From NCBI GenBank assembly GCA_963802645.1, contig CAWDJK010000004.1, forward strand, positions 351,343 to 415,342: 64,000 nucleotides of DNA. Direction: 5' to 3'. The stretch is from an uncultured Gammaproteobacteria bacterium (GTDB lineage: Bacteria; Pseudomonadota; Gammaproteobacteria; Steroidobacterales; Steroidobacteraceae). Within the stretch, counting starts at the first letter, position 1. Each line of letters starts with the position of its first letter. Below the pieces are notes generated by a model. The model was given only the letters and a program-made list of their open reading frames with translations, was not told where the DNA came from and ran no database searches. Position numbers and translations under genes: made by a program. Below, one piece after another: positions 52,620 through 64,000 of this stretch.

Positions 52620-54385
52620 CTAGCGCCGCCGCGCCGCCGGCGGGCGGGGCTGCGTCACCGTGTCTCCCGAGGCGTCCTTCTTGCCGCGCGCGGCGGTGGT
52701 GCCGCGCTCGGCGGCGTTCAGCATCTCGCGCGCGTGCTCGCGCGCCTTGTCGGTGACCTCGACGCCGCCCAGCATGCGCGCCAGTTCCTCGACGCGCTCC
52801 GGCGCGATGAGCTCGGCGAGCGTGGTGCGCGTGGTGCGTCCGTCGGTGAGCTTGGTAACGCGCAGGTGGTGATGCGCCCTGGCAGGCGACCTGCGGCAGG
52901 TGGGTGACGCACAGCACCTGGCTGCGATCGCCGAGCCGGCGCAGCTCACGGCCGACGATCTCGGCGACCGCGCCGCCGATGCCGGCGTCGACCTCGTCGA
53001 ACACCATGCAGCGCGATCGCCTGCGCCGCGCACGAGACCTGCACCGCGAGCGACAGGCGCGACAGCTCGCCGCCCGAGGCCACCTTGGCGAGCGCGCGCG
53101 GCGGCTGGCCCGGGTTGGCGCTGACGCGGAACTCGACGCGGTCGATGCCGTGCGGGTGGGGTCGGCGTTGCCGTCCTGGGTGACGTCGACCTCGAAGCGC
53201 CCGCCGGACATGCCGAGCGTCTGCATGCGGGCGGTGATGTCCTTGGCGAGCGCCCGCGCCGCTGTCTGCCGCCTGGCGGACAGATCGAGCGCCTGGTGCG
53301 ATAGGCCTCGAGCGCGGTGGCGAGCTCCGCTGCGCAGCTGCGCGAGGTCGACCTCGGCGTGCTCGAGCTCCTCGAGCTCGGCGCGCAGCTGGCGGGCCCG
53401 CTCGGGGAGCTGCGCCGGCGCGACACGCTGCTTGCGCGCCAGCTCCTCGACCGCCGCCAGCCGGCGCTCGACCTCGTCCTGGCGCGCCGCGTCGACGTCG
53501 AGCGTCTCGAGGTAGCGCTCGAGCTCGCGGGCCGCCTCGCGGATCTGCGACCGAGGCCTCCTCGAGCAGTGGCAGCACCGTGCCGAGCTCGGTATCGAGC
53601 GCCACCAGCGCGCGCAGCGCGGTGCAGCGCGCGCGCGACCCCGGCATGGGCGCTGCGCGGCGTCGTTGTCGTAGAGCTCGCCCAGCGCGACCTGGGCTGC
53701 CGGTCGCGAGGCGTCCGCGGTTGGCGAGCCGCGCGCGCTTCCTCGGTGAGGCCGGCGAGCTCGCCCTCGCGCAGCCGCAGCGCCTCGAGTTCCTGCACCT
53801 GGTAGCGCAGCAGGTCGAGCCGCGCATCGCGGTCGCGCGCCTTGCTCTCGAGATCGAGGGTGCGGTTGAGGAGGCCGAGCCACACGCGATGCGCGATCCC
53901 GCACCTGGCTGGCGAGGGCGGTCGAGCGAGCCGTAGCCGTCGAGCAGCTCGCGCTGCGCGGCGCCGCGGGTCAGGGACTGGAACTCGTGCTGGCCGTGGA
54001 TATCGATCAGGATGTTGCCGGCGTCGCGCAGCGACTGCAGCGGTACCGACTGGCCGTTGAGGTAGGCGCGCGAGCGGCCGTCGTTCCCGACCACGCGGCG
54101 CACCACCAGCTCCGTGCTCGGCGCTCGATCGACTGTTCCTCGAGCCACTGCTGCAGCTCGCGCGGCGCCTGCGCCAGATCGAACGTGGCGGCCACCTCGG
54201 CGCGCTCGGCGCCGTGGCGCACCACTTCGGCGCCGGCGCGCCCGCCGGCGAGCAGCTGCAGTGCGTCGACGATGATCGACTTGCCGGCGCCGGTCTCGCC
54301 GGTGAGCACGGTGAGACCCGACGCGCAGCTCGAGCTCGACGGCGTCGACGATGGCGAAGTCGCGGATCTGCAGGTGGGTGAGCAT
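52620..54385 (-). pseudogene. recN: DNA repair protein RecN, many frame breaks
   Basis: [20 protein letters not shown] | [24 protein letters not shown] | coiled-coil middle | [17 protein letters not shown]...[11 protein letters not shown] | TKLTDGRTTRTTLAELI, spread over all three frames. Confidence 0.85.
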
Positions 54386-54396
54386 CGCTTGCGCCC

Positions 54397-55291
54397 TCAG
54401 CGCTCGAAGCTGCCGCGGCCCCAGTGCAGCTTGGAGCGCAGCAGCCGGAAGTAGTCGTAGCCCGGCGGGTGCAGCAGCGTCACGCGCTCGCGCGCCGCGC
54501 GCGACCTCGCAGCCGGTCGCCGGGCGCGAGGTCGCCGAGCACGCATGCCGTCGCAGGTGACCTGCGCCCGGGTGTCGGGGCGCTCGAGCAGCACGACCTC
54601 GATGACGCGAGCGCACGGACACCACGATCGGGCGGTCGGACAGCGTGTGCGGGCAGATCGGCACGATCACCAGCACGTCGAGATGCGGCTCGACGATCGG
54701 GCCCGCCGCAGGACAGCGCATAGGCCGTGGAGCCGGTGGCGCTCGCGACGATGAGGCCGTCGCCGCCGTGGGTGTTGACGTAAGCGCCCGTCGACGCGGG
54801 TCTCGAAGTCGAGCATGCGGCCGGTTTCGCGCTTCTGCAGCACGACGTCGTTGAGCGCGAGTGCGTGCACGATCGGTGCCCGTCGGCCGCGTGCAGCTGC
54901 GCCGCCAGCAGCGGGCGCTCGTCCGCCTCGCAGCGCCCCGGCGAGCGCCGCGTCGACGCAGGCGAGCATGTCTTGCGGCATGACGTCGGTGAGGAAGCCG
55001 AGCCGGCCGCGGTTGATGCCGAGCAGCGGCACGCCGTGGTGCGGCCACCAGGCGCGCGGCGTACAGCAGCGTGCCGTCGCCGCCGACGGCGATCACCAGG
55101 TCGGCGCGCGCGCCGAGCCCGGCCGCGGCGACCCGCGTGGCGCCGGCCGCCTCGATCCCCGGTGCGGTCTCGGTCAACAGCACCTCGACACCGCGGCTCA
55201 CCAGGTGCGGCAGCAGGGCGTCGACGGTCTCGGCGACGCGCGCATCGGCGAACCGGCCAACCAGCGCGCAGCTTCGAACTGGGAAAGCCAT
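54397..55291 (-). pseudogene. nadK: NAD kinase, at least three frame breaks
   Basis: DLVIAVGGDGTLL | PLLGINRGRLGFLTD | ...ATGSTAYALS (shifted) | VTLLHPPGYDYFRLLRSKLHWG. Start at MAFPVRS. Confidence 0.8.
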
Positions 55292-55395
55292 CGGCAGCCT
55301 TATAGTTAGCGTCGCGCCTGGCCGCGCGAGGCGCGGCCTTTGTAGCATGCGGGCGTCGCGTGATGTAAGGTCCACGCAGCACGCCAAGGTGGTCT

Positions 55396-56460
55396 ATGGC
55401 GCACGAAGCTCGGGACGAGGCCTTAGGCGAGCGCGCCCAGCACCTGCTGCGCGTGCTGGTCGAGAGCTACATCCGCGACGGCCAGCCGGTCGGATCGCGC
55501 GCCTGTCGCGCGATTCGGGACTGCAGCTCTGAGCTCGGCCACCATCCGCAACGTCATGGCCGATCTCGAGGAGCTCGGCTTCGTCACCTCGCCGCACACC
55601 TCCGCCGGTCGCGTGCCCACCGACAAGGGCTACCGGTTCTTCGTCGACACGCTGCTGCAGCTGCGGCCGCTCGACGACGGCAGCAACCGCCGAGATCCGC
55701 CGCCAGCTCGAGGGCAACCGCGAGAGCCCGAGCCGACTGGTCGCGACCGCCTCGCAGCTGCTGTCGAGCGTCGACGCAGCTGGCCGGCGTGGTGACGGTG
55801 CCGCGCGCGCGTGGCGCCTCGCTGACCCAGATCGAGTTCCTGCCGCTGTCCGAGAACCGCGTGCTGGCGGTGCTGGTGTTCAACGACCGCGAGGTGCAGA
55901 ACCGCATCGTCCAGCTCGAGCGGCACTACTCGGCCGAGGAGCTGCGACGCGCCGCCAACTTCCTCAACGAGCAGTTCCGCGGCACGCACGCTCGGCGCAG
56001 GTGCGCCAGGAGATCCTGCGGCAGCTCACCGAGACGCACGAGCACATGAACCAGCTGATGCTCGATGCGATCATCGGTGGCGCAGCAGGTGTTCGATGCG
56101 GGCGGCGACGGGCGCCTCGAGTACGTGATCGCCGGCGAGACCAACCTCATGGGGGTCGCCGAGCTCTCCAGCGTCGAGAAGCTGCGGCGCCTGTTCGAGG
56201 CCTTCAACGAGAAGCGCGACATCCTGCACCTGCTCGACCAGAGCCTGAAGGCCGAGGGCGTGCAGATCTTCATCGGCCAGGAGTCCGGCTACCAGATCCT
56301 CGATGACTGCAGCGTGGTCACCGCCCCCTACACGCTCGACAACGAGGTGGTCGGGGTGCTCGGCGTCATCGGGCCGACGCGCATGGCCTACGAGCGGGTC
56401 ATCCCGATCGTCGACATGACGGCCAAACTGCTCGGCGCCGCCTTGAATTCGCGGCGCTGA
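55396..56460 (+). pseudogene. hrcA: heat-inducible transcription repressor HrcA, at least four frame breaks
   Basis: [23 protein letters not shown] | [31 protein letters not shown] | IEFLPLSENRVLAVLV | the C-terminal ORF 56065..56460. Confidence 0.8.
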
Positions 56461-56469
56461 GCCCCATAT
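56442..56469 (+). promoter_or_regulatory. candidate sigma-32 (heat-shock) promoter for grpE
   Basis: CTTGAA-14 nt-CCCCATAT matches the CTTGAA/CCCCATnT consensus. It straddles the hrcA stop, 70 nt upstream of the grpE ATG. Confidence 0.5.
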
Positions 56470-56539
56470 CGCTGCCAGACTGAGCACGAGGCGCAGTCCG
56501 CGCTCGGGACGTCGCCGCATTGACATTCAGGCAGGTGAC

Positions 56540-57073
56540 ATGAGCACGAACACCGACCCGATGCAGCTCGCCGGAGCACCGGCCAGCGGCAGCTGGTCGA
56601 GCTCGAGCGGCTGCAGCTGGCGCTCGCCGAGTCCGAGGAACGCGCCCGCAATCACTGGGAGCAGTACCTGCGCGCGGTCGCCGAGCTCGACAACGTCCGC
56701 AAGCGCGCCGCCCGTGACGTCGAGGCGGCCAACCGCTATGGCGCTCGAGAAGTTCGCCCAGCGAGCTGCTGCCGGTGCGCGACAGCCTCGAGCTCGCGGT
56801 GCACAACGCCGGCCGGGCGGATGTCCGCGCCCTCGCCGAGGGCCAGGAGGCGACGCTCAAGCTGCTCAACAAGGCCTTCGACAAGCTCGGGGTCGCGGGT
56901 CATCGACCCCCTCGGCGAGCCCTTCGATCCGGCGCGTCACGAGGCCATGATGGCCCAGCGAGTCGGCCACGGCCGAGCCCGATTCGGTGCTGCAGGTCGT
57001 GCAGCCGGGCTACGAGCTCAACGGGCGGCTGTTGCGCCCGGCCCGGGTCATCGTCGCCCGTGCCCCCGGCTGA
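56540..57073 (+). pseudogene. grpE: nucleotide exchange factor GrpE, at least five frame breaks
   Basis: Conserved pieces [50 protein letters not shown] and [21 protein letters not shown] are in alternating frames. Confidence 0.8.
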
Positions 57074-57087
57074 AGGCGGCGCTGACC

Positions 57088-57116
57088 CTTGAAAGCCCGG
57101 CCGGCCATCCCCAAGA
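57088..57116 (+). promoter_or_regulatory. candidate sigma-32 promoter for dnaK
   Basis: CCCTTGAAA-about 15 nt-CCCCAAGA, 56 nt upstream of the dnaK ATG. The -10 is a weaker match than the grpE site. Confidence 0.4.
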
Positions 57117-57171
57117 AGTGGCCATACGAACATCCCTCTTCTTCCAGAGTCTTTTCGGCGGAGTGACGGCC

Positions 57172-59126
<1,955 letters not shown>

Positions 59127-59180
59127 GTCCATCGGCCAGAATCGCCTGCGGCGATTTCGCCAGACATCACTCCGTGGGCC

Positions 59181-59208
59181 GCCGGCAAGAAGCGTGGCTT
59201 TTGCCGGC
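59181..59208 (+). terminator. hairpin between dnaK and dnaJ (possible partial terminator)
   Basis: GCCGGCAAGAAGC-GTG-GCTTTTGCCGGC, one bulge. Confidence 0.4.
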
Positions 59209-59247
59209 TGGGCTGACGGTCGATGAGGACGTGCGATAACAGAATAG

Positions 59248-60406
59248 ATGTCGAAGCGCGACTACTACAAGGTCCTCGACGTGCCGCGCACCGCGACCGA
59301 GGCCGACATCAAGAAGGCCTATCGGCGCCTGGCGATGAAGTTTCACCCGGACCGCAATCCCGAGCGACCAGGAGGCGGAGGAGCAGCTTCAAGGAGGCCA
59401 AGGAGGCCTACGAAGTGCTCTCCGACGCGCAGAAGCGCGCCGTCTACGACCAGCACGGCCACGCCGGCGTCGAGGCGGCGAGCCGCGGCGGCGGCGGCGG
59501 CGGCTTCGGCGCCGGGCGACGCCTTCGGCGACATCTTCGGCGACGTGTTCGGCGACATCTTCGGCGGCGCGCGCCGCGGTGGCCGCTCGCAGGTGTTTCG
59601 CGGCGCGGACCTGCGCTACGAACTCGAGCTCGACCTCGACCAGGCGGTGTTCGGCGACGGCCGTCGAGATCGACTTCGCCAAGCTCGCCGAGTGCGAGAC
59701 CTGCCACGGCACCGGCGCGGCCAAGGGCAGCCAAGCCCGTCACCTGCGAGACCTGCGACGGCGCCGGCCAGGTGCGCATGCTCGCAGGGCTTCTTCCGTG
59801 CAGCAGACCTGCCCGCGCTGCCGCGGCACGCGGCACAGATCGTCAAGCAATCCCTGCGACACCTGCCTGGGCCAGGGCCGCGTGCGCAAGCACGCAAGAC
59901 GCTGTCGGTGAAGATTCCCGCCGGCGTCGACAGCGGCGACCGCATCCGGCTGTCCGGCGAGGGCGAGGCGGGACGCAACGGCGGACCGCCGGGCGATCTG
60001 TACGTCGAGGTGCACGTGCGCGAGCATCGCGATCTTCGAGCGCGACGGCGAGCACCTGTCGCTGCGAGGTACCGGTCAGCTTCGCCACCGCGGCGCTCGG
60101 GCGGCACGGTCGAGGTGCCGACGCTCGACGGCGAGGTGACGCTGAAGATCCCCGCGGAGACGCAGTCGGGGCGCGTGTTCCGGCTGCGCGACAAGGGCGT
60201 GAAGCCGGTGCGCGGCGGCGCGCGCGGCGACCTGTTCTGCCGCGTCGTGGTCGAGACGCCGGTGCATCTCTCGAGCGAGCAGAACGAGCTGCTGCCGTCG
60301 CTCGAGGAATCGCTCAAGGCACGATCCGGGCAAGCACGCGCCGCGCGAGAAGGGTTTCCTCGAGGGCGTGAAGCGCTTCTTCACCTCCGGCCACGCGAAG
60401 GACTAG
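59248..60406 (+). pseudogene. dnaJ: molecular chaperone DnaJ, at least five frame breaks
   Basis: J domain [40 protein letters not shown] region, CxxCxGxG zinc-finger repeats and C-terminal domains are in shifting frames. In the ORF track it is fused to dapB. Confidence 0.85.
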
Positions 60407-60414
60407 ACGCACCG

Positions 60415-61252
60415 ATGACCGCCGCCGCCCACAGCCCGCCGCTCGTGCGCGTCGCCGTGATCGGCGTTACCGGGCGCATGGGACAGGCGCTGCTGCACGC
60501 CGCGCCATCGTTTCCCCAGGTCATCGTCACCGCCGCGGTGGCATCGCCGCGCAGCCTCGCGCTCGGTCGCGACGCGGGGGCGGTCGCAGGCCTCGGCCCG
60601 AACAACCTCATCGTCACGGGCGACCTCGCGGAGGCGCTGCGCCAGGCGGACGTCGCGATCGATTTCAGCCATGCGGACGCGACCCAGGCGAGCCTCAGCG
60701 CCTGCCGTGCGGCGCGCAAGCCGCTGCTGCTGGGCACCACCGGGCTCGCTGCAGCGCTCGAGCCGGCGCTGACGGCGGCGGCGCGCGACATCGCACTGCT
60801 CGCCGCCGCGAATACCAGCATTGCCGTCGCCGTGCTCGCCGAGCTGGTGCGCGAAAGCGCCCGCGTGCTCCCCGCCAGCTTCGATATCGAGATGATCGAG
60901 ACGCACCATCGCACCAAGCGGGACGCGCCTTCCGGCACCGCGCTGACGCTCGGCCGGGCGGCCGCGGGAGCCCGCGGTTTGCCGCTGCCGGCGGCTGGTG
61001 CACCGGCGCCGAGCGCCGTCGTGGGCGGGCGTCCCGAGGGGCAGATCGGCATGGTCAGCGTTCGCGCCGGGGACGTGGTCGGCGAGCACACCGTGCTCTT
61101 TTCGGGCCGGGCGAGCAGCTCGCGCTGACGCACCGCGCGCTCGACCGGGGGATCTTCGCCCGGGGCGCCCTGGCGGCTGCGCTCTGGCTCGTGGCCAGCC
61201 GCCCGGACGTTACGCCATGCGGGATTTTATTGGTTATAAAACATCAGTTTAA
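60415..61252 (+). pseudogene. dapB: 4-hydroxy-tetrahydrodipicolinate reductase, two single-base deletions near the 3' end (about 61107 and 61193)
   Basis: [13 protein letters not shown]...[18 protein letters not shown]...GEHTVLFSG is intact. The conserved tail [28 protein letters not shown] / GQPPGRYAMRDFIG needs two frame corrections. Confidence 0.85.
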
Positions 61253-61378
61253 GGACGCAATCGCGACGCGAGTTGAAGTCTTGAGGTGTCCCGTGGGGCG
61301 GGAATTTTCCGTGGACACACGCGGCCCCGAACCCGTAAAATTTCTGCCGTAATCCGTGTACGGGTTAGTCCACGCAAG

Positions 61379-61416
61379 GCGGGAGGATGTTCGATAAGAA
61401 CTCCTCCCGCTTTGTG
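61379..61416 (+). promoter_or_regulatory. hairpin plus T-rich tail in the carA leader (candidate attenuator/terminator)
   Basis: GCGGGAGGA-14 nt loop-TCCTCCCGC followed by TTTGTG, 32 nt upstream of the carA GTG and inside an unusually AT-rich 195-nt leader. Confidence 0.35.
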
Positions 61417-61447
61417 CATATGTGCCGTCAACGCGGGAAGTGAACTG

Positions 61448-62639
61448 GTGAGCGTACCTGCGGTGCTGGCTCTGGCCGACGGAACGATCTTCCGCGGCCA
61501 GTCGATCGGAGCCAAAGGCAACACCACCGGCGAAGTCGTTTTCAATACCGCCATCACCGGCTATCAGGAAATCCTCACCGACCCCTCCTACGCGCGTCAG
61601 ATCGTGACGCTCACCTATCCGCACATCGGCAACACCGGCACCACGCCCGAGGATCTGGAGTCGCCGCAGATATTCGCCGCGGGTCTCATCATCCGCGACC
61701 TGCCCGCGGTGTGGAGCAACTGGCGCTCGGACGAATCGCTCCCGCAGTTTCTCGAGCGCGGCAAGGTGGTCGCGATCGCCGGCATCGACACGCGCAAGCT
61801 CACGCGGGTGCTGCGCGAGAAGGGCGCGCAGGCCGGCTGCATCATGACCGGCGAGAAGGCCGACCAGGCTGCGGCGGTCAAGCTGGCACGCAAGTTCCCG
61901 GGCCTGAAGGGCATGGATCTCGCCAAGGTGGTGAGCGCCAAGCGCACCTACCAGTGGAACGACGGCACGGTCTGGCCCGACCCGACGCGCGCGCCGATCC
62001 GCTCCTCGCAGCGCCTGCACGTGGTCGCCTACGACTTCGGCATCAAGCGCAACATCCTGCGGACTGCTCGCCGACCTCGGCTGCCGCATGACGGTGGTGC
62101 CGGCGCAGACCGCCGCCGAGGAAGTGCTGGCGCTCGAGCCCGACGGCGTGTTTCTCTCCAACGGCCCGGGCGACCCCGAGCCCTGCAGCTACGCGATCGC
62201 GGCGATCGCGCAAGTTCCTCGAAACCGACGTGCCGGTGTTCGGCATCTGCCTCGGGCACCAGATGCTTAGGGCTGGCCGCGGGTGCGAACACCGTGAAGA
62301 TGAAGTTCGGTCATCACGGCGCCAACCATCCGGTGCAGGACCTCGAGTCGGGGCGCGTGTTCATCACCAGCCAGAACCACGGCTTCGCGGTGGACGAGTC
62401 GACGCTGCCGGCGAACGTCAAGGCGACGCACCGCTCGCTGTTCGACGGCTCGCTGCAGGGAATCGACCTTCACCGACCGGCCGGCGTTCAGCTTCCAGGG
62501 ACACCCGGAGGCGAGCCCCGGACCGCATGACATGCGCGCGCTGTTCGAGCGCTTCAACCACCTCATGCTGCGGCGGCTGCAGGCGCAGCTGAAGCTCGCC
62601 GAGGACACGCTGCGCCGCCAGCAGGCGGGCGGTCGCTGA
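61448..62639 (+). pseudogene. carA: carbamoyl-phosphate synthase small (glutaminase) subunit, four frame breaks
   Basis: [18 protein letters not shown]...[13 protein letters not shown] | [30 protein letters not shown] | [11 protein letters not shown] | [23 protein letters not shown] | the C-terminal piece ending at TGA 62637-62639. Confidence 0.85.
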
Positions 62640-62640
62640 C

Positions 62641-64000
<1,360 letters not shown>

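Noticed and set aside
55292-55395. CIRCE (TTAGCACTC-N9-GAGTGCTAA) operator upstream of hrcA/grpE/dnaK.
   Set aside because: No match found in these leaders. The only TTAGCAC string, near 1631, lies inside the PP2C coding sequence and has no inverted partner.
59248-61128. A 626-aa DnaJ-DapB fusion ORF; likewise a 394-aa MlaD-MlaC ORF (25912..27096), a 650-aa ORF at 31516..33468 and an 813-aa ORF at 52946..55387.
   Set aside because: All are artefacts of frame breaks combined with stop-poor alternative frames. The component genes have normal lengths and their own starts and stops once frames are corrected.

Overview
This is a 64-kb high-GC chromosomal core segment, probably from a gammaproteobacterium. 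The evidence for that placement is E. coli-like synteny (ssrA-smpB-ratA-rnfH-bamE-recN-nadK-grpE) and the tmRNA tag ANDDNYALAA. Content is almost all housekeeping: an FHA/PP2C pair, radA, ffh, rpsP-rimM-trmD-rplS, sppA, tdh-kbl and sdaA. There is also a complete SUF Fe-S operon (Rrf2 regulator-sufB-sufC-sufD-sufS-sufU-sufT-Rieske), class I aldolase, mlaFEDCB plus mlaA, bepA, a PIN-PhoH ATPase, bcp, gcvR and dapA. The rest is tRNA-Ser(GGA), SRP RNA, dnaX-ybaB-recR, rsgA, orn, ppsA/ppsR, prc, aguB, tmRNA, smpB, fur, recN, nadK, hrcA-grpE-dnaK-dnaJ, dapB and carAB. Two things stand out. (1) sufB carries an in-frame 357-aa intein with a LAGLIDADG homing-endonuclease domain (Cys1 ... His-Asn/Cys+1). 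It is the only clearly mobile or accessory element in the window. (2) About 25 conserved, mostly essential genes are broken by single-base frame changes, more than fifty by my manual frame tracking. The breaks cluster in blocks (about 11.9-12.2, 24.5-26.2, 30.3-36.6, 38.3-41.5 and 52.3-64 kb) that alternate with multi-kb blocks containing none. Between breaks the encoded proteins stay fully conserved, so I read these as consensus indel errors rather than real pseudogenes, though only reads can settle it. I saw no CRISPR array, transposase, integrase, prophage or recognisable defence system. I did not find a convincing wholly novel multi-gene system; the best unexplained candidates are listed as findings. 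All homology calls come from reading the translations, with no database search run.
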